Origin: Patescibacteria group bacterium
GTDB taxonomy: Bacteria > Patescibacteriota > Patescibacteriia > JAHJFT01
DNA: 64,000 nt
Direction: 5' to 3'
Assembly (NCBI GenBank): GCA_028710985.1
Contig: JAQTTB010000001.1
Span: 295,397-359,396 of the forward strand
Below, piece after piece: positions 1 through 9,353 of the stretch. The position numbers and the translations under genes were made by a program. The notes under the pieces are model-generated. The model was not told where the DNA came from. It saw only the letters and a list, made by a program, of their open reading frames with translations, and searched no databases. How positions within the stretch are numbered: position 1 is the first letter of the stretch; each line of letters begins with the position of its first letter.

Positions 1-244
1 TTTCGCGGCCGAAGCCATGCGCCGCATCAAAGCCGCTCTCCTGCTCCGCGTTATCAGCCAAAAAGAAAAAATTGACGTCGAAGAGAAAGACGTTGACCAG
101 GAGATTGACCGCCAGGCTGAAACCTACAAGGATAATGATGACGCGCGCAAACAAATCTTTTCTCCCGAATACCGCGATTACATTTTCGGCGCCCTGCGCA
201 ACCGCAAGGTAATCGAAATGCTGAAAAAAAACATGATCAGGTAA
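1..244 (+). CDS. tig: trigger factor, C-terminal part (5' truncated by window edge)
   Basis: AMRRIKAALLLRVISQKEKIDVEEKDVDQEI...LRNRKVIEMLK resembles the trigger factor C-terminal domain. Confidence 0.8.
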   Translation, partial: FAAEAMRRIKAALLLRVISQKEKIDVEEKDVDQEIDRQAETYKDNDDARKQIFSPEYRDYIFGALRNRKVIEMLKKNMIR

Positions 245-245
245 T

Positions 246-277
246 ACAAAAGGACGGGCCGAGACCTGTCCTTTTGT
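246..277 (+). terminator. intrinsic terminator hairpin after tig
   Basis: acaaaaggacggg-loop-cctgtccttttgt inverted repeat with T-tract. Confidence 0.65.
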
Positions 278-285
278 GATATAAT
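277..285 (+). promoter_or_regulatory. extended -10 promoter (TGnTATAAT), probably driving a leaderless suhB mRNA
   Basis: tgatataat at 277-285, ATG at 293 seven nt downstream, no SD. Confidence 0.5.
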
Positions 286-292
286 GCCGTAT

Positions 293-1081
293 ATGAAAAC
301 CGACGAAAAACAAATGCTGTCCATGCTCGAGGCGGCCAAAACCGCCGCCCTCTCGGCCGGCCGCGAACTTATGGGCCACTTCCGCCACGCCGGCAACGGC
401 CGCAAATATAAAAAAGACCATGAACTGGTCACCACGGCCGACATCCGCGCCAACGCGATTATAATTAAACTGCTAAAAAAGCGCTTTCCGCATCACAATA
501 TCGTGAGCGAAGAAGGCAAATACCCAATCAATCACTCGGATTTTTGCTGGTACGTTGATCCGCTTGACGGTACGGTGAATTACGATGCCGGCCTGCCGCT
601 TTTCGCCGTAAACATCGGCCTTGCCTACAAAAACAAACCCATTCTCGGTGTAATTTATCTTCCGGCCGCAAATGAAATGTATTCTGCCGTTGCCGGCGCA
701 GGGGCATTTTTTGAAAATCAACGCCTTCATGTTTCCAGAACCGCGCGCCTCGCGGATTCATTCATTCAATTCTGCCACGGCTACAGCCCGGCCGAGATCC
801 GGCGCGGCCGGCGGATTGCCAATCAAATCGCCGCGCACAGCCGCGTCTACCGCCGCCTGGGCTGCGCCGGCCTTGAACACGCGAATGTTGCCGCCGGCCG
901 CGCCGACGCCATCGTGATCGCCGGCTCAAAATCCTGGGACAACTTAGCCGGCAGCGTACTCATCCGCGAAGCCGGCGGCCGCGTTACCGATTCGCGCGGT
1001 ATCGAATGGACCGCGGCGAGCCGCGACCTTGTTGCCACGAATAAAAAAATCCACGCGCAAATTATTAACCACTTAAAATAA
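293..1081 (+). CDS. suhB: inositol monophosphatase family protein
   Basis: VTTAD, IVSEE, WYVDPLDGTVNY and WDNLAG motifs; start placed at 293 rather than 284 because of the -10 box. Confidence 0.9.
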   Translation: MKTDEKQMLSMLEAAKTAALSAGRELMGHFRHAGNGRKYKKDHELVTTADIRANAIIIKLLKKRFPHHNIVSEEGKYPINHSDFCWYVDPLDGTVNYDAGLPLFAVNIGLAYKNKPILGVIYLPAANEMYSAVAGAGAFFENQRLHVSRTARLADSFIQFCHGYSPAEIRRGRRIANQIAAHSRVYRRLGCAGLEHANVAAGRADAIVIAGSKSWDNLAGSVLIREAGGRVTDSRGIEWTAASRDLVATNKKIHAQIINHLK

Positions 1082-1163
1082 TAAAGATTTTCACCTCGAC
1101 TTACTTTTTAGCGAAAAGGGCGCGGTCGAACTTTTTTCAAAGCAAGAGGAAGAATACGAGACA

Positions 1164-1790
1164 ATGAAAAAATATTTTCCTCCGGGCATGATCGCTGAAT
1201 CTGTATTCGTTGTTCCCAATCGTCTTGAATCAACCTTTGAAAAAGCAAAACTCGATACGAAAAATATTTATCCTTATCATAAATTTTGGCTAATTCAGGC
1301 CAACCGCCGCTTGGCTGGACGCTACGGCCTAGATGAGCGCCATAAAAATCAAGAAAATAAACCCTTCAATAAAATTATTAGCCAGCTGGGCAAGGAAATT
1401 GAAAAATTTAAGGACAAAAAATTTACTGGCGCGGTTATTCAGGAACGTATTCACGGCACGACGTTTTCAAGAGTTCTTTCCAGTCCGGAACTTAAGAGCC
1501 ACCCTAATTACCCCCTCCTTCAGCACTCGGTGCAAACGCTCGTTCACGGGCTACGGGAATTCCACGCGCAGGAACCGCGCGCTGCCTACACCTGGCATAG
1601 CCTGGAAAGCGACAATATCATGGCCGAAATCGATGATAATAACGAGATAACCGGCCGAGTCGTGATAATCGATACAAATTTTTCGCAGCGGCCGGATACG
1701 ATCTACCAAAAATCGGTTCTGAAAAAACTAGAAGAAAAAATTCTTCAACCGCTTGAAGAAAAGTTTGAACTCGCGACACATGAGCAATAA
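1164..1790 (+). CDS. hypothetical protein, kinase-like fold suspected; 5' end may be missing
   Basis: 208-aa ORF with VIQERIHG, SDNIM and VIIDTN segments reminiscent of a kinase C-lobe; frame open back to 1077 with no start codon. Confidence 0.5.
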   Translation: MKKYFPPGMIAESVFVVPNRLESTFEKAKLDTKNIYPYHKFWLIQANRRLAGRYGLDERHKNQENKPFNKIISQLGKEIEKFKDKKFTGAVIQERIHGTTFSRVLSSPELKSHPNYPLLQHSVQTLVHGLREFHAQEPRAAYTWHSLESDNIMAEIDDNNEITGRVVIIDTNFSQRPDTIYQKSVLKKLEEKILQPLEEKFELATHEQ

Positions 1791-2010
1791 AATAATTAAA
1801 ATCCGCGTCATCCCGCGCGCCAAACGGCCGGAAATCGTTGAACTTGACGACGGTTCGCTCAAAGTCAAACTCAAATCTCCGCCGCTTGATAATCGCGCGA
1901 ACCAAGAGCTGATTGAAACCCTGTCCAAATATTTCGATGTTCCGAAATCAAAAATCATTATCGCCTCCGGAAAAAAATCGCGCAACAAAATCGTGGAAAT
2001 TAAAAAATAA
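1780..2010 (+). CDS. DUF167/YggU family protein
   Basis: IRVIPRAKR...LKVKLKSPPLDNRANQELIETLSKYFDVPKSKIIIASGKKSRNKIVEI. Confidence 0.85.
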   Translation: MSNKIIKIRVIPRAKRPEIVELDDGSLKVKLKSPPLDNRANQELIETLSKYFDVPKSKIIIASGKKSRNKIVEIKK

Positions 2011-2016
2011 TTTCAT

Positions 2017-2052
2017 AAAAAATAGACAACCAAACATGATGGTTGTTTTTAT
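2017..2052. terminator. hairpin terminator, probably bidirectional
   Basis: aaaaa..acaacca / tggttgttttt inverted repeat between convergent genes. Confidence 0.5.
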
Positions 2053-2068
2053 AATCAAACTTCCATTG

Positions 2069-2246
2069 ATTGTCATCCTGAGCCACGACTTCCGCAAAGC
2101 GGAATGTCGGGGCGAAGGATCTCGCAGTCTCGGAATGGCTATCCATGGCGCCACATTGGTTTATCCAATATGTGAGATCCTTCGCCTCTCGCTTCGCCTG
2201 CCTTCGCTAAAGCTTCGGCAGGCAGGCTCGGGCTCAGGATGACAAT
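2069..2246. mobile_element. MITE/REP-like palindromic element with nested smaller palindromes
   Basis: perfect 16-bp terminal inverted repeat attgtcatcctgagcc/ggctcaggatgacaat; inner pair ggcgaaggatctcgca/tgtgagatccttcgcc; nested hairpins at 2086-2109 and 2197-2226. Confidence 0.75.
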
Positions 2247-2316
2247 AATGAGCGCGTCAAACTTAACCGAGATAAAAAATATCCGCCGCGCGGATACAAC
2301 AACTTTTAATTTTACA

Positions 2317-2336
2317 CCTGCCTGCCGGTAGGCAGG
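2317..2336. repeat. 20-bp palindrome CCTGCCTGCCGGYAGGCAGG, copy 1
   Basis: same 20-mer at 6335, 9384 and 58437. Confidence 0.9.
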
Positions 2337-2353
2337 TTTTGAATTTTTAATTG

Positions 2354-2605
2354 TTACGGCAGGTCCAATCCGCCTTTTGAAAACGGATTGCACCTCATCA
2401 CCCGCCAGAGTCCCTTGAACCCGCCCCGGATGATGCCGTATTTTTTTATTGACTCATAAGTATAGTCCGAGCAGGTCGGCTGAAACCGGCAATATCCGCC
2501 CGGAAACATGAAACGAAAAATCCCATGGTCAAAACTCAATGTTTTCTGATACCCCCGGATGGCGAAAAGCGCCGCCTGGCGCGCCATGGCCGTAAAAAAA
2601 CTCAT
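2354..2605 (-). CDS. yidD: membrane protein insertion efficiency factor
   Basis: IRGYQK...CRFQPTCSDY...GIIRGG...RCNPFSKGGLD; adjacent to rnpA. Confidence 0.95.
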   Translation of the reverse strand: MSFFTAMARQAALFAIRGYQKTLSFDHGIFRFMFPGGYCRFQPTCSDYTYESIKKYGIIRGGFKGLWRVMRCNPFSKGGLDLP

Positions 2606-2940
2606 ACAATCCCCTGCTTTTTAAAAAGTCCGAGCAGTTCTTTTTCCATTTCCCCGAACTTAAGCTGTAAAATCGCGGGTTTGGTCATGACCATGACGTC
2701 ATAACCGGCAGCGATTGCCCCAAGGTGCTTGCGCACGATCTCCCGGAGCTGGCGCCGCACCCGGTTTCTCTTAACCGCGCTTTTTGATACCTTAAGCCCG
2801 GCCACAAAAGCAAAACGCGATACTCCAAGCTGATTTTTCGCTAATCTTACGGAAATATTTGGAGTATACGCGCTTCTTCCCCTCTTCAAAACCGCCTCAA
2901 TGTCCAGCTTTTTTCGTAGTCGGTATTGGGCCGGAAGCAT
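2602..2940 (-). CDS. rnpA: ribonuclease P protein component
   Basis: KVSKSAVKRNRVRRQLRE (RNR motif). Confidence 0.95.
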   Translation of the reverse strand: MLPAQYRLRKKLDIEAVLKRGRSAYTPNISVRLAKNQLGVSRFAFVAGLKVSKSAVKRNRVRRQLREIVRKHLGAIAAGYDVMVMTKPAILQLKFGEMEKELLGLFKKQGIV

Positions 2941-2944
2941 ATGA

Positions 2945-3082
2945 TTAATGGCTCAATTTCTTTCGGCCTCGCGCCCGTCGCCGGGCTAGCACCTTGCGGC
3001 CGCCTTTGGTTTTCATGCGGCTGCGGAAGCCTTCTTTTTTGCGGATATAGCTCTTTTTCGGCTGAAATGTTCTCTTTGGCAT
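2945..3082 (-). CDS. rpmH: 50S ribosomal protein L34 (absent from ORF track, 45 aa)
   Basis: manual translation [45 protein letters not shown]; canonical position between rnpA and dnaA. Confidence 0.95.
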   Translation of the reverse strand: MPKRTFQPKKSYIRKKEGFRSRMKTKGGRKVLARRRARGRKKLSH

Positions 3083-3221
3083 ATATTTTATTAGTGGCCC
3101 CGATGGCTATCGGGGCATTTATGCTTAATAAGGTCGGCGGAGCCGACACTTTGTCTAAAAAACCCGCCCAGATGCCCTGCGGCATTGCCGCAGGGACGGG
3201 TTTATGGTATTTAGCAAGCCA

Positions 3222-3250
3222 ATCATACTATACCTTGATTATTTTTTCAA
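3222..3250 (-). promoter_or_regulatory. sigma70-type promoter for rpmH-rnpA-yidD
   Basis: minus strand TTGAAA-17-TATGAT. Confidence 0.55.
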
Positions 3251-3283
3251 GACGCATTACACTTGGAATACGAGTAATGCACA

Positions 3284-3303
3284 CTGTCCACAGTTTATCA
3301 ACA
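3284..3303 (+). promoter_or_regulatory. degenerate DnaA boxes upstream of dnaA
   Basis: ctgtccaca (3284) and ttatcaaca (3295) versus consensus TTATCCACA. Confidence 0.5.
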
Positions 3304-3426
3304 ATTTATTAACTTTTTGGCTTATTTTAGCCAATTTTCAAATCCCCGGCTTTGTGATAATATTGGGTAGCAGCGCCCGGAAAAACGAATCGCCCCCCGG
3401 GCATAAAAAAAATAAAAAATAAACCT

Positions 3427-4803
3427 ATGAACGTCCACGAAATTTGGCAAGCCGCTCTTGGCGAACTGGAGCTTAATCTTAGCAAGGTAAATTTCCGCAC
3501 CTGGTTTAAAAATACTTTTATTGCCGGCATTGAAAACGACAAGGTGATTATTTGCGTGCCAAATACCTTTTCCAAGGCGTGGCTTGAAAAAAAATACAAT
3601 CCCGCGATTATTCAAACCCTGCGCAATGTCACCAATCATCCGGTCAAAGAAATAATCTACAAGGTTGAAATCCGGCCCCAGAACGAAGTGGTGCAGGAAT
3701 ACGCCGACGAAGCGCCGGTCGCCCCGGTCGCCACCGAACCGATCCGCCCCCAGCTTCCCCAGCGCGATCACTGGTGCGAAATTGGCTTAAATTCACGCTA
3801 TACCTTCAAAAATTTTGTGGTCGGCAAGGGCAATGAACTCGCCCATGCCGCGGCTCAGGCCGTGGCGGCCAAACCCGGAGAGGTGTACAACCCTCTTTTT
3901 ATTTATGGCGGTGCCGGACTCGGCAAAACCCACCTCTTGCAGGCCATCGGTCACGAAACCCTGACTACCGCCCCCCATCTTCGCGTACTCTATGTTACCT
4001 GTGAACGCTTTACCAATGATTTTATACAGGCCGTGCGCTCCGGTCATGCCAAAGAATTCAAAGACACTTATCGCAACGTGGATCTTCTTTTGATTGACGA
4101 TATCCAGTTCATCACCGGTAAAGAAGGCACGCAGGAAGAATTTTTTCACACCTTTAACACCCTGCACCAATTCAATAAACAAATCATCATCAGCTCCGAT
4201 CGGCCGCCCAAAGCGATTCCGTCACTTGAGCACCGGCTCCTCACCCGCTTTGAGTGGGGCATGATTGCCGATATTTCCAGCCCTGATTTCGAAACCCGCA
4301 TTGCCATTTTGCAAAACAAGTGCCACGAAAAAAACTACGACCTTGACCGCGAATTTTTAGAGCACATCGCCAATTTGATTCAAAGCAATGTCCGCGAGCT
4401 AGAAGGCGCCTTAAATAAAATCATTGCCTATCACCAGTTCAAAAGTCTGGCGCCCAGCATGGAAACCATTGAATCCGTGCTTGAAAGCTTTTCTCCCATC
4501 CACAGGCGCAAATCCATTTCCCCGCGCCAGCTCATTGAAGTGGTTGGAAATTATTTTGAGATAAAAACACCGGATATTTTAGGCAAAAGCCGCGAAAAAA
4601 AGCTGGCTTTCCCACGCCAAATTATCATGTTTTTGCTGCGTGAAGAAATGAAAGCCTCGTATCCGTCCATCGGCGACGAACTCGGCGGCCGCGACCACAC
4701 CACTGCCATGCATGCGTACGAAAAAATTTCCAATCTTTTGAAGATAGACGAGCAGCTCAAACAGGACCTTGAATTGATCCGCGAAAAACTTTACGGTGTA
4801 TAA
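3427..4803 (+). CDS. dnaA: chromosomal replication initiator
   Basis: YNPLFIYGGAGLGKTHLLQA, LLLIDDIQF, SNVRELEGAL, GGRDHTT. Confidence 0.99.
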   Translation: MNVHEIWQAALGELELNLSKVNFRTWFKNTFIAGIENDKVIICVPNTFSKAWLEKKYNPAIIQTLRNVTNHPVKEIIYKVEIRPQNEVVQEYADEAPVAPVATEPIRPQLPQRDHWCEIGLNSRYTFKNFVVGKGNELAHAAAQAVAAKPGEVYNPLFIYGGAGLGKTHLLQAIGHETLTTAPHLRVLYVTCERFTNDFIQAVRSGHAKEFKDTYRNVDLLLIDDIQFITGKEGTQEEFFHTFNTLHQFNKQIIISSDRPPKAIPSLEHRLLTRFEWGMIADISSPDFETRIAILQNKCHEKNYDLDREFLEHIANLIQSNVRELEGALNKIIAYHQFKSLAPSMETIESVLESFSPIHRRKSISPRQLIEVVGNYFEIKTPDILGKSREKKLAFPRQIIMFLLREEMKASYPSIGDELGGRDHTTAMHAYEKISNLLKIDEQLKQDLELIREKLYGV

Positions 4804-5044
4804 GCAGTGCAAAAAACCCCACTCCGCCTGTGCTCTGCTTGCGCTCTGCCGGTGCAAAAAAAACTCGATTCTCTCTCCTGGCAATTTCCCTAAAAATCCT
4901 CCACCGCGTAACGCAAACCTTGTCCACCTTCTGACCCCCTAACTTTTTCGCCATTTCTTGCTGCGTTTCCCGGTTTTGCACCCTGTCCACCGCCCTACTA
5001 CTATTACTATATATAAATATATAAAATAACTAATAACAATAATT
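4804..5044. other. replication origin oriC (dnaA-dnaN intergenic) with DnaA-trios and AT-rich unwinding element
   Basis: box-like ttgtccacc (4920) and ctgtccacc (4983), then gccc, ctactactattacta trios (4995-5009) and tatataaatatataaaat. Confidence 0.8.
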
Positions 5045-6181
5045 ATGAAACTCGTGTGCACGCAGGAAAATCTCGCGAGGGGGCTGAATATCGTAAGTCA
5101 CATTACCAGCAAAAATATTAATTTGCCGATTTTAAATAACGTACTCGTTAAAATTGAGGACAAGAGTGTCCGGCTCTCCACCACCAATCTTGAGGTGGCC
5201 ATTAATTGTACGCTTCGCGGCAAAATTGACGAGCCCGGAGAATTTACCCTGCCGTCGCGGCTTTTTAGCGACTATGTGAATCTCCTGCCGGCCGAAGCCG
5301 TGGAAATTGAAACCACGGACACGAACCTCGGCATAAAGTGCGGCAATTACGAAACCAAAATCAAAGGCCTGCCGGCCTCCGAGTTTCCGCTTATTCCGCA
5401 GGTAGTGAAAAAGAAAGTATACAGCTGTTCGGCTTCGGAATTTAAACGTGCGCTTTCCCAGGTAATTTTTGCGGTTTCGCCGAATGAGTCAAAGCCGGAA
5501 TTCGCCGGCATCTGCATGGAAATAAACCGCGAGAATGAGTCTGGACGGCTGGTCCTCGCCGCAACCGACACCTATCGCCTGGGCGAGGCATCGCTTGCCC
5601 TGGAGAAGGGTTCAGGGGCGGAAAACGCTTCCGCAATCGTGCCGGTCCGCACTATGGCCGAAGTTCTGCGCATTCTCTCTGCGTTTAAGGACGATGCCGA
5701 AGCGCCGGAAAACCTGGAAATTGCCTTTTCCGAGAGCCAGATTGTTTTTACCCTGGGGAACGCTGAGCTTATTTCGCGCGTTATCGAGGGCCAATATCCC
5801 GACTACCGTCAGATCGTGCCCGCCGATTTTAAGGTCACGGCCAAACTCTCAAGGGACGAGCTTGCAAAAGCCATCAAAACCACGAGCCTTTTCTCTAAGA
5901 CAGGGCTCTTTGATGTCACGCTTGAATTTGTACCGCCTCGGGGTATTATCATAAGGTCAATTGATTTGCAGACCGGTGAAAACAAAGTTGAACTCGCCGG
6001 CGAAGTAAGCGGCGCGGAGAATAAAATTACATTAAATTACCGCTATCTTCTGGAGGGCTTAAACGCGCTTCCGGGCAGCGAAGTGAGCTTCAGCCTGGTC
6101 GATGCCGCCAACCCCTGCCTCATCCGTTCAATTGGCAATGAAAAGGAATACTTCTACATCGTAATGCCCATAAAACAATAA
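5045..6181 (+). CDS. dnaN: DNA polymerase III beta sliding clamp
   Basis: LPILNNVL, TTNLEVAI, AATDTYRL, IEGQYPDY, YIVMPIK; follows dnaA. Confidence 0.99.
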   Translation: MKLVCTQENLARGLNIVSHITSKNINLPILNNVLVKIEDKSVRLSTTNLEVAINCTLRGKIDEPGEFTLPSRLFSDYVNLLPAEAVEIETTDTNLGIKCGNYETKIKGLPASEFPLIPQVVKKKVYSCSASEFKRALSQVIFAVSPNESKPEFAGICMEINRENESGRLVLAATDTYRLGEASLALEKGSGAENASAIVPVRTMAEVLRILSAFKDDAEAPENLEIAFSESQIVFTLGNAELISRVIEGQYPDYRQIVPADFKVTAKLSRDELAKAIKTTSLFSKTGLFDVTLEFVPPRGIIIRSIDLQTGENKVELAGEVSGAENKITLNYRYLLEGLNALPGSEVSFSLVDAANPCLIRSIGNEKEYFYIVMPIKQ

Positions 6182-6266
6182 AAATTAAAAAGCAGGCGCG
6201 ATTGAATAAAGCACCTGTTTTTTTATAAATCCTTTCCCTATCGAAAAAACGTTTTTGTTAGTACCT

Positions 6267-6397
6267 GGGGTTCGGGGTGGCTGCTAAGCGCCGTTTAGAA
6301 ATGCAAAGAGTCGCCTAATGAAATTGAGAGCGCACCTGCCTGCCGGCAGGCAGGTCAGCCACCCCGAAACTTTTGCATACTTTTGGTTACAAAAGTA
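6267..6397. repeat. palindromic intergenic element containing 20-bp palindrome copy 2 (6335-6354)
   Basis: ttcggggtggctg (6271) / cagccaccccgaa (6356) inverted pair, followed by tacttttg-gtta-caaaagta hairpin. Confidence 0.65.
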
Positions 6398-6475
6398 GGT
6401 CCTGCTGAAAGCAAACAACGGAGTATCTAGAAAAATTATCGTCACCCAGGCATGCGCCCCGCGATCGCTAGAAAA

Positions 6476-6510
6476 CAAAAAACCGGAATTTTTCAACGCC
6501 GGTTTTTTTG
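6476..6510. terminator. bidirectional terminator between dnaN and the PBP gene
   Basis: aaaaaaccgg...ccggtttttt. Confidence 0.6.
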
Positions 6511-6516
6511 TTGCGC

Positions 6517-9336
6517 TTATTCAACTCGGACCACGATCACCTCGCTTTTTGTTCTCTGCCCGTTCAAGTCCTCGGCTTCAAGCCAGAGCCGGTAGCTGCC
6601 CGGCCGCGGCGCGATTCCCCAGGAGACAGTCATTACGTTTTCGCTCGGCGCCACCACTGAGCCGATGAGAGTGCCGTAAAATTCATTCTCACCCCAGTAG
6701 AAATCGATTTTTTTGATGTTTGAAATATCCGAAAGCTCGGCCGTGACCGGTAGCGGAAATTCATTTTGCAGAACCACATCCCCGGCTTCGGGATTTGTGA
6801 AAAGGATTTCAAGCGGAATCTTTTCGGCAAGCAGGTTGATTGTGATTTCATCAACCTCGCTGTTGTCGATGTCGTCAAATGCCCGGGCGCGCAATGCGTG
6901 AAATCCTTTGTCCACGCTGTTCGGTATGAAAAATACGGCGTCCGATCCGCTTCCCCAAGTCGTGCCGATTTTTGTTTCATCGATATAATATTCAATTCTC
7001 GCGACGCCGCGCAGCGCGCTCGCGGTTGCCGCGACATGAACGCGGCGCTCGGTTACGGTCGCGTTATTTTCCGGCGCCGTCATCTGCACAAACGGCCGGT
7101 TCGCGGGTACGTGCAGGTCGTCATATTCGGTTGGCGGCGCGGTCGCGACAAAGCCGGGGTCGTTTTTCTTTACCCATTCCTGCACCGCGGCTTCCCAGCC
7201 CGCAAATTGCGGATCAACCCCGGGATTTGTTGGCGCCGGGCCGCGTGGATTGTCGCGGTCAACGTAATATAAAATGCAGTGCGCCTCGCGGTAAGTCCGT
7301 TCTTCGGTATACGAAGCTGGCGTGTATTCGGTCGCGAGTTTGCCGGACGCGCGGTCAACATTTACTTTTAATTCTTCGGCTGATTTGCCCGCGAGCACCG
7401 GCTTAGCCGCGTCATTTGCCGGCGGCGCGGTAAATTTTTCAATTTCGGTTCCTTCCAGCGCTTCGCGCATAAATCGATTCCAGATCGGTGCGGCGCCAAG
7501 TGAGCCGCCGACGCGCGACATTTCGGAATTGTCATTATTGCCGATCCACACCCCGGCCGCGAGGCTCGGCGTGTAGCCGATTGTCCAGCCGTCGCGATAA
7601 TCATTGGTCGTGCCGGTCTTGGCCGCCACCGGGCGTGCACCGAGTTGGAGATACGACCCGGTGCCAAAAACATAAGCGCGCGCTGCGTTATCGGATAATA
7701 TATTGCTCGTGAGCCGCGCTGCCTCGGCCGGAATCACCTGCTCGCCCTCGGGCTGTTGCCATTCCTCAAGTGTTTTTCCCCACGGGTCTTCCACTTTGAG
7801 AATTGGGTTTATGGGATATTTTTTTCCTTCGGCCGCGAAAATCGCGTACGCTCCGGTGTGCTCCAGGAGTTTTACTTCCCCACCGCCAAGAACCAGTGAA
7901 AGTCCGAAACGCGAGCGGTCAGAAAATGTGGTGTAACCCATTTTTTCCGCTAAATCTAGCACATTATCAATGCCCGCAAGATAAATCATTTTTACGGCCG
8001 GGATATTAAGCGAACCTTGAAGCGCGGTCCGCACGGTCACTGCCCCCCGCTCCCTGAGGTCGTAATTATGCGGAATGTACGGCGTGGTCGCGGTCTTGAA
8101 AGTAGTGAGTACGTCCCAAAGAATCGTTTCCGCGGTGTAGCCTTTCATGAACCCCATAGTATAAACAACCGGTTTAAAAGATGAGCCCGGTTGGCGCGGC
8201 ATGAGGGATACATTCACCTGTCCGTCGATGGTATCGTCAAAAAAATCTTTTGAGCCGACCATTGCGAGCACCTGTCCGGTTTTTGGATCGATTGCGACAA
8301 GCGAACCATTGGAAAATTTTTGGCTCTCGCCGTTTTGTTCAATGTGCTCGCGCACTGCACGATCAGCAATCTCCTGTTTTGTAATATCGAGCGTTGAAAT
8401 TACCTTAAGCCCGCCCTGTTCAACCGTGCGCTCGCCGTATTTTTCCGAGAGTAGCTGCTTTACATAAAAAACAAAATGCGGCGCCTTGATGTTGTCAATC
8501 CGCGGCCGTATTTTAACTTCTTCGGCCTTGGCCGTATCGGCTTCTTCGCGCGTGATGTAGCCGAGTTCGGCCATCTGATCAAGGGCGTAGTCACGCCGGC
8601 CGCGCAAAAGTTCCTGGTCGTTCAGATATTTTGTCGGCGCCTGCGGCAGAGCGGCGAGCACCGCGGCTTCAGAGAGCGTGATGTCTTTTACGTTCTTTCC
8701 GAAATAATTCTGGCTAGCGGCTTCAATGCCGTAGTTGGTTGAGCCGTAGGGAATCTCATTAAAATAAAGCTGGAGAATCTGGTCTTTGGAAAATCTTTGT
8801 TCAAGTTCAATGGAAAGAATTAACTCCTTTAATTTTCGGGTCATTGTTTTTTCCGGACTCAAGATCGAATTCTTCACGAATTGCTGGGTGATGGTGGATC
8901 CGCCGACGCGCGTGCCTTTAATGAAATTGGATAAAACCGATCGGAGAATGCCCCGGAGATTAAAGCCATGGTGTTTGTAAAAATCGCGGTCTTCGAGCAC
9001 GATGGTCGCCCAGATGGCGTATTCAGGGATGTCCTCAATTTTTATAAGCGTGCGGTTTTCTTCTCCGTGAATTTCATACAATAAAATTTCCCCGGTGCGA
9101 TCATAAATTTTCGTACTCTGCGCCACGGTCCGCTCCTGCAGATTGTCCGGATTCGGCAGCTCGCGCGAATACCAGGCAAAAAGCACGGCGGTTACAATAA
9201 ATAGCAAAAGAACGCCGGCGCCGGCGCCGTAAAAAATTTTTCGCAGCAACCCCTTTGTTTTTAGTTTGGGTTTTTTGTTCGGATAAAGCTTTTTCGCGAA
9301 AAATCCGTTTTTTTGTATTAATTGCGGTAGTGGCAT
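6517..9336 (-). CDS. class A penicillin-binding protein (transglycosylase-transpeptidase) with C-terminal Ig-like domains
   Basis: EDRDFYKHHG, GGSTITQQFVKN, RKLKE, RQPGSSFKP, SLN, KTGT; start placed at ATG 9336 because the GTG at 9363 lies inside a tRNA relic. Confidence 0.95.
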   Translation of the reverse strand: MPLPQLIQKNGFFAKKLYPNKKPKLKTKGLLRKIFYGAGAGVLLLFIVTAVLFAWYSRELPNPDNLQERTVAQSTKIYDRTGEILLYEIHGEENRTLIKIEDIPEYAIWATIVLEDRDFYKHHGFNLRGILRSVLSNFIKGTRVGGSTITQQFVKNSILSPEKTMTRKLKELILSIELEQRFSKDQILQLYFNEIPYGSTNYGIEAASQNYFGKNVKDITLSEAAVLAALPQAPTKYLNDQELLRGRRDYALDQMAELGYITREEADTAKAEEVKIRPRIDNIKAPHFVFYVKQLLSEKYGERTVEQGGLKVISTLDITKQEIADRAVREHIEQNGESQKFSNGSLVAIDPKTGQVLAMVGSKDFFDDTIDGQVNVSLMPRQPGSSFKPVVYTMGFMKGYTAETILWDVLTTFKTATTPYIPHNYDLRERGAVTVRTALQGSLNIPAVKMIYLAGIDNVLDLAEKMGYTTFSDRSRFGLSLVLGGGEVKLLEHTGAYAIFAAEGKKYPINPILKVEDPWGKTLEEWQQPEGEQVIPAEAARLTSNILSDNAARAYVFGTGSYLQLGARPVAAKTGTTNDYRDGWTIGYTPSLAAGVWIGNNDNSEMSRVGGSLGAAPIWNRFMREALEGTEIEKFTAPPANDAAKPVLAGKSAEELKVNVDRASGKLATEYTPASYTEERTYREAHCILYYVDRDNPRGPAPTNPGVDPQFAGWEAAVQEWVKKNDPGFVATAPPTEYDDLHVPANRPFVQMTAPENNATVTERRVHVAATASALRGVARIEYYIDETKIGTTWGSGSDAVFFIPNSVDKGFHALRARAFDDIDNSEVDEITINLLAEKIPLEILFTNPEAGDVVLQNEFPLPVTAELSDISNIKKIDFYWGENEFYGTLIGSVVAPSENVMTVSWGIAPRPGSYRLWLEAEDLNGQRTKSEVIVVRVE

Positions 9337-9353
9337 GTTTAGAATTATTTTTT

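Noticed and set aside
1913-2393. ORFs reading LPSLKLRQAG / PAYRQAG (similar at 6284-6496 and 9255-9557)
   Set aside because: Translations of palindromic repeats, not genes.
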